Assembly (NCBI GenBank): GCA_963778655.1
Contig: CAVZVA010000010.1
Span: 992,001-1,056,000, forward strand
DNA: 64,000 nucleotides
Reading direction: 5' to 3'
Origin: an uncultured delta proteobacterium
GTDB taxonomy: Bacteria > Myxococcota_A > Polyangia > Polyangiales > JAFGIB01
The notes under the pieces are model-generated. The model saw only the letters and a list, made by a program, of their open reading frames with translations. It was not told the DNA's origin and ran no database searches. The position numbers and the translations under genes were made by a program. This document shows positions 18,620 through 28,736 of this stretch, one piece after another (within the stretch, counting starts at the first letter, position 1; each line of letters opens with the position of its first letter).

Positions 18620-19729
18620 CTATCGGTCCAGGCTGTCGGCGAACTGCACGAACAGCGCTCCGTCGGCGAGCACCTTCTCCCCGTCCTTGAGCCCGCCTTC
18701 GATGGCGTAGTCGTCGCCGACCTGCGGGCCGAGCTCCACGTGGCGACGCGCGAATTTTCCGGGGCTGACTTCCAGGTAGGTGAACGGGAGGTTGTCCTCG
18801 TCGCGCAGCACCGCAGCCACCGGCACCAGCTTCGCGTTTGCGATCTTCTGAGGAATCACCTCGGCGTTGACGTACATGCCGCGCTTGAGCACCCCATCCG
18901 GATTCTGGGCTTCGATCCGGACCGGGATGGTCAGCGTGTCGGCGTCGATCGAGGCGCCGATGTAGCTCACCTTGCCTTCGAGCGGGGTGCTCAACACCGG
19001 CGACCGGATCAGCGCAGTGTCGCCCAGCGCCACCACCCGCAGATCCTGCTGGTAGAGCTGGGCGATGATCCACACCGCCGCCGGATCGGTGATGGTGAAG
19101 CACTGCGTGCTTCCCGCTTGCACCGTTTCGCCCACGGCGATGGTGCGACTGACGACCAGGCCCGCAATCGGCGAGCGCACCAGCGCTTCGCTGTTGACGC
19201 CGCCGGTGATGCTGAGATGCGCCTCGTCGTCGCGCAGCGTTGCCTTGGCCGCAGCCACGTCCAGCTCCGCCTGCTGCAGCTCCTCGAGCGAGATCGCCTT
19301 GTGGGCGTACAGATCCTGGTCGCGCGAGAGGATCACCTGCTTGATCCGCAGCGCCGAGCGATCACGGGCGAGATTGGCCGAGAGATCCGAGGAGTCGGGG
19401 CTCGCGATCGACAACAGGGTTTGACCGCTCTTCACCCGGTCGCCTTCCTGGACCATGACCTTGGTGACCTTGCCGCTGACCAGCGGTACGACGCGGCTGG
19501 TCTTGAGCTCGTCGAAGGCAACCATCGCCGGAACCAACACGGGAAAGGTGACCGGCTTCTCGTGTACCGCCACTACCTGCAGGTGCGCGCGCTGCGCGCT
19601 CGGCACCTCGAACAAGGACGCGCTGGAGCGCTTCGCGGCAGGTGCAGCGTCGCCATCGGCTGCGCACGCCGCGGTGGTCATCGCGAGGCCCAGGCAGACG
19701 GCGGCCAGCTGTGAGGTGCGGCCGCTCAT
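18620..19729 (-). CDS. RND efflux membrane fusion (adaptor) lipoprotein
   Basis: Lipobox-like TAAC, RSPIAGLV, LKRGMYV, GLKDGEKV; ATGA overlap with tolC. Confidence 0.9.
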   Translation of the reverse strand: MSGRTSQLAAVCLGLAMTTAACAADGDAAPAAKRSSASLFEVPSAQRAHLQVVAVHEKPVTFPVLVPAMVAFDELKTSRVVPLVSGKVTKVMVQEGDRVKSGQTLLSIASPDSSDLSANLARDRSALRIKQVILSRDQDLYAHKAISLEELQQAELDVAAAKATLRDDEAHLSITGGVNSEALVRSPIAGLVVSRTIAVGETVQAGSTQCFTITDPAAVWIIAQLYQQDLRVVALGDTALIRSPVLSTPLEGKVSYIGASIDADTLTIPVRIEAQNPDGVLKRGMYVNAEVIPQKIANAKLVPVAAVLRDEDNLPFTYLEVSPGKFARRHVELGPQVGDDYAIEGGLKDGEKVLADGALFVQFADSLDR

Positions 19730-20979
19730 GGCAGCGGGTCTCCTGCCACGAACCGGATGTTCGCGGCCGCCAGGATCGCCTGTGCCTGGGCGGTGCGGTA
19801 GGCGCGCTGCACGTCGCGGTAACTCGACTCCGCGTCCAGGTATTCGAGCAGTGCGCCCCGGCCCTGCTCGTACGAATGCCGGCTGATGTCCAGTGATTCC
19901 TTGGCGGTCTTCACGAAATCCTCCCCGTACGCGGTGAGGCGCTCCTGCGCCGTGCGCCACGCCTGCACCGCGGTGGTGGCCGAGGCGCGCATCTGGTCCT
20001 CGAGCGCGTCGATCGCGAGCTGCGACTTGGTATAGGCGGCCCGCGCCTGAGCGACGGTGCCTTGATTGCGGTCGAGCAGCGGAAGCTCGGCGGTGAGCTG
20101 CAGGTCGTAGCTGCCCGCGGTGCCTGGGATCCGGTTGTAGTCGGCGAGGATGCCGAGATCGGGAATCGGCTGGCGGCGCGCCAGATCGAGCGCGTGGCGC
20201 GCGCTGTCGCGCTGGGCGAGCAGCGCGCGGTAGTCGGGACGGTGAGCCAGCGCGCGTGCGAGCACATCGCGGGCGGCGAGATTGCCGGGCATGTCCGGCG
20301 CATCCAGCGAGCCGACCGCCTGGAAGTCCGCGGCCAGCGTGCTCGCGCCGAGTAGCCGAGTGAGCTCGGCGCGGTCGTCGCTGACGCTCTGCACGGCTTG
20401 TCGTACCGTGTCGTCGACCTCGCGAGCCTGGATGCGCAGCTTGAGCACCTCGCCGTACGCGATCTTGCCGTCCGCGTAGCGCACCTCATTGATTTGCACC
20501 GATTGCTCGAAGGTCTGCTGGTCTTGCTTCGCGAACTCGAGCAAGGCCTGGTCGAGCAGCAGTTGAACGAAAGCGCTTTCGACTTGCAGCGCCAGCTCGC
20601 GCCGGGCGGCGGCCTGCGAGGCCTGCGCCGCGCCCACCTCCGAGCGCGCCGAGGCGATCGTGGCCGCGCGCTTGCCGCCGATGGGCAAGGTCCAGGTGAG
20701 GCCGAACTGATTGGGAAGCGGGGCGTCGGCAGGGCTGATGTTGGTGTCGAGCGCGGAGATGAACAGCGCCGGATTGGGCAGCAGCTCGGCCTGGGTGACC
20801 GCGCCGCGCGCCGAGGCCACGTCCTGCTCGGCCGAACGGCTGTCGGGGTTGTGCAGCAGCGCGAGCCGGACGGCTTCAGCAACGGTCAGTCGCTTGACTC
20901 CTGCTTGGGCTGATAGCGCGCTGGGCACGAACAGGCTGGAGCCCACCCATGCCGCCAGCGCGGCGAGTAGCATTCGCAT
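19726..20979 (-). CDS. TolC/CzcC-family outer membrane efflux protein
   Basis: Signal peptide, ALLHNPD, LPLLDRNQG, SYEQG..LLEYLDA. Confidence 0.92.
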   Translation of the reverse strand: MRMLLAALAAWVGSSLFVPSALSAQAGVKRLTVAEAVRLALLHNPDSRSAEQDVASARGAVTQAELLPNPALFISALDTNISPADAPLPNQFGLTWTLPIGGKRAATIASARSEVGAAQASQAAARRELALQVESAFVQLLLDQALLEFAKQDQQTFEQSVQINEVRYADGKIAYGEVLKLRIQAREVDDTVRQAVQSVSDDRAELTRLLGASTLAADFQAVGSLDAPDMPGNLAARDVLARALAHRPDYRALLAQRDSARHALDLARRQPIPDLGILADYNRIPGTAGSYDLQLTAELPLLDRNQGTVAQARAAYTKSQLAIDALEDQMRASATTAVQAWRTAQERLTAYGEDFVKTAKESLDISRHSYEQGRGALLEYLDAESSYRDVQRAYRTAQAQAILAAANIRFVAGDPLP

Positions 20980-21051
20980 GATTGAACCAGATCCCAGCGA
21001 CGGAGCCCCGGCCGCGACCGGTGGATTCGGCTCCGCGTTCCGACAGGTGGA

Positions 21052-21105
21052 TGCCCATGTGCGCGCGCGCGTCGCGCTCCGGCTGGAAGCACACGCACGC
21101 GAGCA
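21052..21105 (-). promoter_or_regulatory. RNA hairpin between the leader ORF and tolC
   Basis: 17-nt arms (21089-21105 / 21052-21068) pair at 16 of 17 positions on the minus (mRNA) strand using G-U pairs. Confidence 0.5.
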
Positions 21106-21138
21106 CGCCCGAGAGGCGGCTCGCTCACCGCCTCCGGC

Positions 21139-21504
21139 TCAGGCGGGGGGCCCCTGCTTGGGCGCGAACAGCCACAGCGCGTGGCTCGGCGCAGCGGCGC
21201 GGTCCGCGGGCGGCTGGCTGAGCGCGGCCGGTGGCCGCAGGACCAGAGGCTGGAGCTTGCGCAAGGCGTCACGACGCAGCAGCGACACCAGCGCGCAGCG
21301 TTCGTGCTCGTGTTGCTTGGCGGCTTGTGCGGCCTGAGGCAGGTGCGTTCCCGTGGCACGCCACGGTCCGGGGTGCGAGGCCGCGACGTGCTCCAGGCCG
21401 TGCATCGGACACATCCGGTGCTGCACCAGGATGAGATGGGTTTCCCCCAGCGCCTGGCCGAACAACAGCGCGGCGATCAGCGCGGCCCTCAGCGTCGGCC
21501 ACAC
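21139..21504 (-). CDS. His/Cys-rich exported leader protein (DUF2946/CzcI-like) ending in APKQGPPA
   Basis: N-terminal hydrophobic segment, HRMCPMHGLEH and HEHERC motifs, Pro-rich C-terminus; directly upstream of the metal RND operon. Start uncertain. Confidence 0.65.
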   Translation of the reverse strand: MWPTLRAALIAALLFGQALGETHLILVQHRMCPMHGLEHVAASHPGPWRATGTHLPQAAQAAKQHEHERCALVSLLRRDALRKLQPLVLRPPAALSQPPADRAAAPSHALWLFAPKQGPPA

Positions 21505-21742
21505 GGTGTCGCGTGGGGTAGCTGCGTCTTTGCGCGAAGGGCGTGAGGCGCGCGTGCCGGGTCGCACGCCCTGACCTAAAGCACCGACAGCTCGAAAAGG
21601 CAAGCCGAACGTCGGCTGACGCGCCGTAGCCGTTGGCACCAGGAATCCTGGAAACGCGTCCGTCATGCTCCATGGAGGACACGTCGCCATGACAGCTACC
21701 GTTCATCAACCGCTTTCCCCGCTGAACCGGCCTACGAGCTAA

Positions 21743-22051
21743 TCGGCGAGACCGCGTCCTGAGGATGGGCGCGCAATCGCGGGTCGCCTCGCCCCCGGCG
21801 GTCAGAGCTACTGCGCGAGCGACGTGGGGCTGTGCCCGCCCGGGCCGCTGTCCGCGATCCCCCTGCCCAAGGGACGATATCAAGGCAGCTTCGACTGGGA
21901 CGGGGTCAACTGGGGCGGCCCCAGCGACACCGGCGAGCCCAAGGGACCAGCGTTCCCGCCAGGCAAGCACACGCTCAGCGTGAGCACCGCGGGCGAGGCC
22001 GCCGGCAGCTGCTTCACCGTGAGCGCGAGCATGCAGCTCACGCTGCAGTAG
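21743..22051 (+). pseudogene. 3' remnant of an exported-protein gene
   Basis: Protein-like GQSYCASDVGLC...FDWDGVNWGGPSDTG with coding codon bias, but an in-frame TAA at 21740 and no signal peptide or RBS. Confidence 0.45.
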
Positions 22052-22120
22052 GCCGGCGATCGGTCGGGGTCCTCTCACCTGTTTCTTGGCGCCGGCGCGA
22101 GTCCGGTCGAGACTGCGCCC

Positions 22121-22987
22121 GTGGCGCGGCGCAACTCTTTGGCTCCGCCCGGGGCCGACTACGAGATCCGGATCATCGGTGGCCGCCCCACGCCGCTGCG
22201 CGACTTCTATCATGCGCTCTTGCGCATCTCGTGGCCCGGGACGTTCTCGGTGATCGCCGGGACGTTCCTGTGCGTGAACGCGCTGTTCGCGTGCGCCTTC
22301 GTGCTCAGCGGCGGCATCGCCCACGCGCGGCCGGGCTCGTTCGCGGACGCGTTCTACTTTAGCGTGCAGACCATGGGCACGATCGGCTACGGCGCGATGT
22401 ATCCGACCTCGACCGCGACCAACCTGCTGGTGGTGCTGGAGTCGCTGGTCTCGTTGACGCTGGTCGCGCTCGCCACCGGGCTCGTGTTCGCCAAGTTCTC
22501 GCGTCCCAGCGCGCGCGTGGTGTTCTCTCGGCACGCGGTAATCGGCCCGATGGACGGGGTGCCGACGCTGATGATCCGGCTGGGCAACGAGCGCGGAAAC
22601 CGTATCGTGGACGTGAAGTTCCGCGCCGTGCTTTCGCGCACGGAGCACACCGCCGAGGGGCAGCTGTTCTATCGCACGCTCGACCTCAGACTGGCGCGCG
22701 ATCGCGCGCTGTCGCTGTCGCGCTCGTGGAGCCTGATGCACGTGGTCGACCAGGGCAGCCCGCTATACGGCCAGAGCGCGCAATCGATCGCGGACAGCGA
22801 GGTCGAGATTCAGGTGACCATGGTGGGGCTCGACGACGTGACGATGCAGACCATGCACGCCTCGCGTGTGTACTTCGCGCGCGACGTGCTGTGGGACATG
22901 CGCCTGGCAGACGTGCTGTCCGAGGCCGAAGACGGTGCCATGGTGCTCGACCTGCGCCGCTTTCACGACGTCGAACCGCTGCGTTAG
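22121..22987 (+). CDS. Inward-rectifier potassium channel (KirBac)
   Basis: DAFYFSVQTMGTIGYG selectivity filter, FAKFSRP, SPLYG. Confidence 0.93.
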   Translation: MARRNSLAPPGADYEIRIIGGRPTPLRDFYHALLRISWPGTFSVIAGTFLCVNALFACAFVLSGGIAHARPGSFADAFYFSVQTMGTIGYGAMYPTSTATNLLVVLESLVSLTLVALATGLVFAKFSRPSARVVFSRHAVIGPMDGVPTLMIRLGNERGNRIVDVKFRAVLSRTEHTAEGQLFYRTLDLRLARDRALSLSRSWSLMHVVDQGSPLYGQSAQSIADSEVEIQVTMVGLDDVTMQTMHASRVYFARDVLWDMRLADVLSEAEDGAMVLDLRRFHDVEPLR

Positions 22988-23033
22988 GCTGCGCCCCGTC
23001 GCATCTACGCCGGGCAACCCGAACGCCTTCGGC

Positions 23034-25430
23034 TCACTCCGCGTCGACGCGCGCAGCAGAGATGTCCTCGAGCTTGAAGACACGCGAATCGAGTGACTCG
23101 AGGTCGGTGGCGAGCAACACCTCGTCACGGCCGCGCCGGCGCAGTGCCTCGGGAATGACCGAATACACGCGCCTTCGACCGTGATCGCTCACTTCGAGGT
23201 GTACGGGGCGTTCGGTCTTGACGGCCTTGTCGACCAGCTCGCGCACGGCTTCTGGCGGCGTCGGCGGCATCGTGCCGAGCGGCGGCTGGCGCCGCATGGT
23301 TGCTGCGTGGAGCTGGAGGGCAGCGTCGAGCTCGTCGCCGGCGCAGCCTTCCATTTCGTCCAGCTCGTCCAGCTCGTCGAAGTCGTCGATGCCGTGTCTG
23401 CGACCGCAGTGCTCGCATACCTCGCCTGTGACGTCATCGTCCTCTTTCGCGGCGAGCGCTTCCAGCGCGCGGTCGATCGCCGCCACGAGCCGCGGCTGCT
23501 GGAGCAACGCGATCGCGCGATCGCCCTCCTTTCGCAAGCGTCCCGCCCGCGAGACAGCCTGGGCCTGCCGATTGAGACTGGCCAAGTCCGATGCCGTCTT
23601 GAGCGTGCGCGAGCGCCACTTGTCGTTGAGCAAGAGCCACGGCAGGACGTGTATCGGCAGCTCCAACGCTGTTTCGGCCTCGACGCGCCTGAGCTTGGGC
23701 ATGCGCCCTATCCACGCGCGCAGCTCGTCCGGCAGCCGCTTCTGCCACTTTCGCAACAGGGCCAGCAGCTCGAAGAGCTCCGCGGGCGCACCCTGCGTGC
23801 GCGCCATGGCTTCGAGCTCGCCAAGCAGTCCGTGGCTCTGGTCCGGCGCAGGAGCCTCGACGCCATAATCGCCGGTCTCTCGCGCGCGCAGCACGGCGGC
23901 GCGCAGCTCCGCATCGGGCTCCGGCAGCGGCGGAAGCGGGCGCTTCGCTGGGAGGTCGAATGCCTCTGGCGCCGCCGCATAGCGCTCCATGCGCCGCTGG
24001 CTCGCGAGCTCGTCGAGGCTGCCGGAGGCGCCCAGAGCGATGCCCGCTTTGGAAAGAATCCTTTCGAGCGCGGAGCCCGTGAGCGACGCAGGCAGCTCGA
24101 CCACGCCGGGCGCTGGTCGACTCAGCAAGTCGGCGCCGAGCCCTGCCGCGATGCGCTCGGCCGATGCGTCGTCTGTGAATAGAAACGTGCCGCGCCGTAC
24201 GTGGGCTATCCGGCTAGCCTTGATCCAATCGTCGAGCATGAAGGCCACATTCTCGGGCAGCCCGTGGGGACCGACACCCGCGAGGGCAGTGCGCAGCTCA
24301 TTGGCTTCCAGTCCGCACGCGAGACCGACCGCGACCGACTGCGGCGTCAGCCGTAAGGTGAGCACGTGGTCCGCCCGCACCAGCTCGCAGCACAGCCCGA
24401 CGCGCACGACGGTTGCAAGGTCGGCGCCGGGGCCGAGCAGCACCTCGAAGCTCGGCGTCACGTGCCCGTCGCCGCCCGCGTGCGCGGGCCGCACTCGGCG
24501 CACCCATTGCGTGCCCGCGTGCTCGGCGACTTGCAGACCCGGCAGCTCGGCCAGCTGCTTGGCGATCGTCTCGACTTCCGGAACGGGGACAAGCCCCATG
24601 TAGAAGGCCGAATCCCGGTACGCGGCGGACCACAGTGCACGAGCCAGCGCTTCCACGCTGGTCCAGCCATCCGCTCCGATCAGGCTGATGCAGCGCAGCA
24701 GGTCGTGGCCGGATGCGGCGAGCATTCCGTCGACCGCCTCCAAGAGCGAGCGTGCGCTGGGCGCAATGCCATCGTGAGTGCCGGCCATCCAACCGAGCCC
24801 TGTCGCCACCGACAGCGCGTGCTCGACTCTGTCGACCTCGATTCCGAGGCCCTTGGCAAGGCGTTTGATCGACCCGCGGTCGGGCAGTCCCCGTTGCGTC
24901 AGCCGGGGCCTGCGATGCGCGGTGAGCGTGACGAGCGCCAGCAGGTCCCGATGTCCGCGGCGCGTCTCACCCGCGGACGCCTCACCCGGCGGCGCCTCAT
25001 GGGGCAAGCTCACTCCGGCCAGCAGCTCGTGGAGGGGCTGCGCCGCCGGCCCGGGCACGCCCGCTTGGCCGCGCGGCGCACCCGTTGCCCAGCTCAGGCC
25101 GAACGCCAGCCCGCTCTCGAACAGCAGCGTCAACGCCGCCGCGATCTGGGACGACCGGCAGCCGGTTCGCGCGCGCACGAGCCCATGCAGGGCGGCGTCG
25201 TGTAGCACGCCCCCGCCTTCGAGCAGCGTCTCCAGCGTTACCAGACACAGCGCCGGCAGTTGCAACAGGCGCGAGCGCAGGAACGCGCGGTCCGAAAGAC
25301 GTTGCGCAAGCTGCTGCGGATCCGCCGTGGAAAGGCCGAGCCTCTTGCCGACGATTGCGCAATCGCTCTCGCTCAGCCTGCCGAGCTGGATCGCGCTGGG
25401 CACACGCTCGTCAGTGAAGCTGCGGGCCAT
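23034..25430 (-). CDS. XPB-associated protein (Helicase_C_3-type domain) with WYL-like C-terminus
   Basis: VTPSFEVL...LTPQSV..G...LPENVAFMLDDW helicase-associated domain; C-terminal SRVFKLEDI; overlaps the XPB 3' end. Confidence 0.7.
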   Translation of the reverse strand: MARSFTDERVPSAIQLGRLSESDCAIVGKRLGLSTADPQQLAQRLSDRAFLRSRLLQLPALCLVTLETLLEGGGVLHDAALHGLVRARTGCRSSQIAAALTLLFESGLAFGLSWATGAPRGQAGVPGPAAQPLHELLAGVSLPHEAPPGEASAGETRRGHRDLLALVTLTAHRRPRLTQRGLPDRGSIKRLAKGLGIEVDRVEHALSVATGLGWMAGTHDGIAPSARSLLEAVDGMLAASGHDLLRCISLIGADGWTSVEALARALWSAAYRDSAFYMGLVPVPEVETIAKQLAELPGLQVAEHAGTQWVRRVRPAHAGGDGHVTPSFEVLLGPGADLATVVRVGLCCELVRADHVLTLRLTPQSVAVGLACGLEANELRTALAGVGPHGLPENVAFMLDDWIKASRIAHVRRGTFLFTDDASAERIAAGLGADLLSRPAPGVVELPASLTGSALERILSKAGIALGASGSLDELASQRRMERYAAAPEAFDLPAKRPLPPLPEPDAELRAAVLRARETGDYGVEAPAPDQSHGLLGELEAMARTQGAPAELFELLALLRKWQKRLPDELRAWIGRMPKLRRVEAETALELPIHVLPWLLLNDKWRSRTLKTASDLASLNRQAQAVSRAGRLRKEGDRAIALLQQPRLVAAIDRALEALAAKEDDDVTGEVCEHCGRRHGIDDFDELDELDEMEGCAGDELDAALQLHAATMRRQPPLGTMPPTPPEAVRELVDKAVKTERPVHLEVSDHGRRRVYSVIPEALRRRGRDEVLLATDLESLDSRVFKLEDISAARVDAE

Positions 25431-27084
25431 GATCGGCCTCCTCATTCGGGTCCCAGTCCTCGATGTAGTAGCGGTATCCCTGCTCGGTCAGGAAGAGCTG
25501 GCGGTGCAGGGCGTGCTGCTGATCCACGGTGTCGCGCGTGACCAGCGAGTAGAAGATCGCGCCACCAGGCTTGGGTCTGAGCACTCGGCCCAGGCGCTGC
25601 GCCTCTTCCTGACGTGAGCCCATCGTGCCGCTGAGCTGCACGAGCACGTTCGCCTCGGGCAAATCGATCGCGAAGTTGCCCACGCGTGAGAGCAACAGCC
25701 TGCGCTGCTCGCCGCGCCGAAACGCCGCGTAGTGACGCTCGCGCTCGGCGTGCGGCGTCTCTCCACTGATGACCGGCGCTCCGAGAAGCTTGCCCGCGGT
25801 CTTCAACGAATCGAGGTAACTGCCGAGCACCAGCAGGCGATCGCCGGCGTGGCGCTCGGCGAGCTCCTGCAGCGCGCGCAGCTTGAGCGGGTTCTCCGCG
25901 GCCAGGCGCGGTTGCTCGCGTGCATCGGCGGTGGCGTAGCTCGCCCGCAGCGCGTCCGGAAGCCCAACCCGCAGCTCGTAGCAGCTCGCAGCGGCGATGT
26001 GACCGGAGGTCTCGAGCTGTCGCCACGGGACGTCGTAGCGCTTGGGTCCGATTAGCGCGAACACGTCACCCTCTCGTTTGTCTTCGCGCACCAAGGTTGC
26101 GGTGAGGCCGAGCCGGCGCCTTGCCTGCAGCTCGGCCGTCAGGCGAAACACCGGCGCGGGCAACAGATGCACCTCGTCGTACACGACCAGGCCAAAGGGC
26201 TCGCGCGAAAGCCGGTCGAAATGCAGATGCCCGGTGGGACCCGAGCCGCCTCTGTGCGCGAGCATGCTGTACGTCGTGATTGTGAGCGGGCCCACGCGCT
26301 TCGAGCCACTCTCGTAGCTGCAAACGGCGTCTTCCCCCAGATCGGTCTTGTCCAGCAGCTCGCGACGCCACTGCGAGCATGCCTCGCGGCCGGTGGTGAT
26401 GACGAGCGTTCGGGTTTGGAGTGCGCGCACGGCGAGCATCGCCACAATGGTCTTGCCGGCGCCGCAGGGCAGCACGATCACCCCGTGTCCCCCACTCTGT
26501 GCAAAAGCCGCCGCCGCTTGCTCCTGGTACGGGTAGGGCGCAAAGCGCTCGCTTCGCAGTTGGAGCGCGAGCGGCGCGCCGGGCTTGAGCCCTGCGAGGT
26601 CCGTCACCGGAAAGCCGATCTTGAGCAGCGCCTGCTTGATCGCGCCGCGGTTGCGCGTCTCGATGAAGAACCCGTCCGGGCACGGCGACAGCATCTGTAC
26701 CACACGCTTCTCACCGGCCAGCCGCTCACGCACGAACGCATCGCGCACAGCAAGCCGCAGCCGGGACTCGTCGTCGCGACACTCGTGCAATGAGCACACC
26801 CCGTAGCGCGCGATGCAGTCCCGCACTTCATGCTCGAGATGACCAGGAAGCTCGAACCGACTCACGCCGCGAAGCGCGTCCAGTATCGCATCGGCGCTCA
26901 TACCGGTCGCTGCTGCGTTCCACAGCGACAAATCGCTGATGCGATAGGTGTGAACGTGCTCGGGCGACTTCTCGATCTCGGCAAAGCGTGCCAGTAGCTC
27001 GCGCGTGCGCTCGTAGTCCGGATGGTCCACCTCGACCAATATCGAACGATCCCCTTGCACAGTTGCTGCGCGCTGTGTGGTCAC
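25411..27084 (-). CDS. xpb: DNA repair helicase XPB
   Basis: VQGDRSILVEVDHP, EKSPEHVHTYRI, LPCGAGKT, DEVH, LGLTATLVRED, QRLGRVLRPK. Confidence 0.95.
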   Translation of the reverse strand: MTTQRAATVQGDRSILVEVDHPDYERTRELLARFAEIEKSPEHVHTYRISDLSLWNAAATGMSADAILDALRGVSRFELPGHLEHEVRDCIARYGVCSLHECRDDESRLRLAVRDAFVRERLAGEKRVVQMLSPCPDGFFIETRNRGAIKQALLKIGFPVTDLAGLKPGAPLALQLRSERFAPYPYQEQAAAAFAQSGGHGVIVLPCGAGKTIVAMLAVRALQTRTLVITTGREACSQWRRELLDKTDLGEDAVCSYESGSKRVGPLTITTYSMLAHRGGSGPTGHLHFDRLSREPFGLVVYDEVHLLPAPVFRLTAELQARRRLGLTATLVREDKREGDVFALIGPKRYDVPWRQLETSGHIAAASCYELRVGLPDALRASYATADAREQPRLAAENPLKLRALQELAERHAGDRLLVLGSYLDSLKTAGKLLGAPVISGETPHAERERHYAAFRRGEQRRLLLSRVGNFAIDLPEANVLVQLSGTMGSRQEEAQRLGRVLRPKPGGAIFYSLVTRDTVDQQHALHRQLFLTEQGYRYYIEDWDPNEEADHGPQLH

Positions 27085-27273
27085 GGTGGTGTCCCTGGTC
27101 GGCTCCTAGTTCTCCGCCCGCGACGTCGCTTTCCTCGAAAGGGGAGCTACCCTCCCTTCGTCAACCGACGCCCCGCTCGGCAACAGCTCGGATGCGATCA
27201 TCGGCCGACATCACCCGGGCGGAGGACTAGCGCAAACCAAAATGCGACACAAGCCAGCACCGTGGCGCAGGCC

Positions 27274-28488
27274 TCAGGGCAAGGCCAGCACCTCGGCCAC
27301 CTCGTCGGCGCTGAAGCCGAGCAGAAACAGGATCGAGTCGAGGCCGCCTGCCGAAATCGAGGTGTCCGCTGCCGCGCGTACCTTGGTCTTGGCGCGAAAC
27401 GCGATGCCAAGCCCCGCCTTCTCCAGCATGCGCAGGTCGTTGGCACCGTCGCCGACCGCGATCACCTGGTCGAGCAGGATGCCTTCGGCCTGCGCGATGG
27501 TGTCGAGCAGCTCGGCCTTGCGCTCGGCGTTGACGATCGGCCCGACCACGTGCCCGGTCAGCTTGCCGTCCTGGACCTCGAGCGTGTTGGAATAGGCGTA
27601 GTCGATGCCGAGCAGCGCCTTGAGCGACTCGGCTGCGATCGAGAAGCCGCCGCTGATCACCGCGGTGCGATAGCCCAGGCGCTTGAGCGCGCGGACCAGC
27701 GTCTCGGCGCCCTCGGTCAGCGGCAGCGCGGCGGCCAGGCGCTTGAGCACGGCCACGTCCAGGCCCGCGAGCAGCGCGAGCCGCCTGCGCAGCGACTCGT
27801 CGTAGTCCATCTCGCCGGCCATGGCCTGCTCGGTCACGGCGGCGACCTGGTCGCGCACGCCGCGGGCGCGCGCCAGCTCGTCGATGATCTCGATCGTGAT
27901 CAAAGTGGAATCCATGTCCATCACGACCAGGCGCTTGCTGCGCCGGAACACCCCCTCGCGCTGCAGCGCGATGTCGAACGAGCTGCGCATCGCCAGTCGC
28001 AACAAGGCTTCCTTGAGCGGGCCGGCGCCGCGGTCACCCCCAGGCAGGTCGACGTGCACCTCGATCGAGCGCAGGTCCCCGTGCGAGAGCCCTCCGATCT
28101 TGGCGATGTTCGCGCCGTGGTCGGCCAGCACGGTGGAGAGCGCGTGGATCTCGGGCGCGCCCAGGCTCTTGCCGATGGCGGTGGCGACGTAACGGTCCGG
28201 ACGTCTGGGCGCGCCGGCTTGCAGCTGCTCGACCGGCATGAAGTCGAGGCTCATGCCCATCTCCTTGGCCGCGAACAGCAGCTCCTTGAGCACGCCGCGG
28301 TCTTCCTGGATGGCGATCAGCATGCCGAGCGACAGGTGGCGCTGCACCACCACCTGCTCGATGTCCAGCAGGTCCGCGCCCATCTGCGCGAGAATGCCTG
28401 TCAAGCGCGCGGTGATCCCGGGCCCGTCGGGCCCGGAGACCGAGACGATGACGTGGGATCGGGTTTCGGTCGGCTGCGAAGCTGGCAT
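27274..28488 (-). CDS. serB: Phosphoserine phosphatase SerB with ACT domains
   Basis: GPDGPGIT ACT domain; DMDSTLI, SGGF and GDGANDL HAD motifs. Confidence 0.95.
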   Translation of the reverse strand: MPASQPTETRSHVIVSVSGPDGPGITARLTGILAQMGADLLDIEQVVVQRHLSLGMLIAIQEDRGVLKELLFAAKEMGMSLDFMPVEQLQAGAPRRPDRYVATAIGKSLGAPEIHALSTVLADHGANIAKIGGLSHGDLRSIEVHVDLPGGDRGAGPLKEALLRLAMRSSFDIALQREGVFRRSKRLVVMDMDSTLITIEIIDELARARGVRDQVAAVTEQAMAGEMDYDESLRRRLALLAGLDVAVLKRLAAALPLTEGAETLVRALKRLGYRTAVISGGFSIAAESLKALLGIDYAYSNTLEVQDGKLTGHVVGPIVNAERKAELLDTIAQAEGILLDQVIAVGDGANDLRMLEKAGLGIAFRAKTKVRAAADTSISAGGLDSILFLLGFSADEVAEVLALP

Positions 28489-28736
28489 GATTCCCCGCGT
28501 CGATGTGGGCGGACGCGAGCGGCTCGGAGCCCGCGATTTTGGAGCAAACGCTCCCCGGAGTCGAGCGGATCGCCCGCCGGCTCGCCGCGGCGGGAACCGG
28601 CGACGCTCACGGTTGTCGAAGGGCTGGGCGTGCTGGCTGTGCGTGCGGCTAGGCTCTGCCCGCGCCTTGCGGGCCGAAGGGGCGTGCAAGCTCCGCACAC
28701 CTGGCGCGGCTCACGCCGTCGAGCTGAGCCGCGCGC

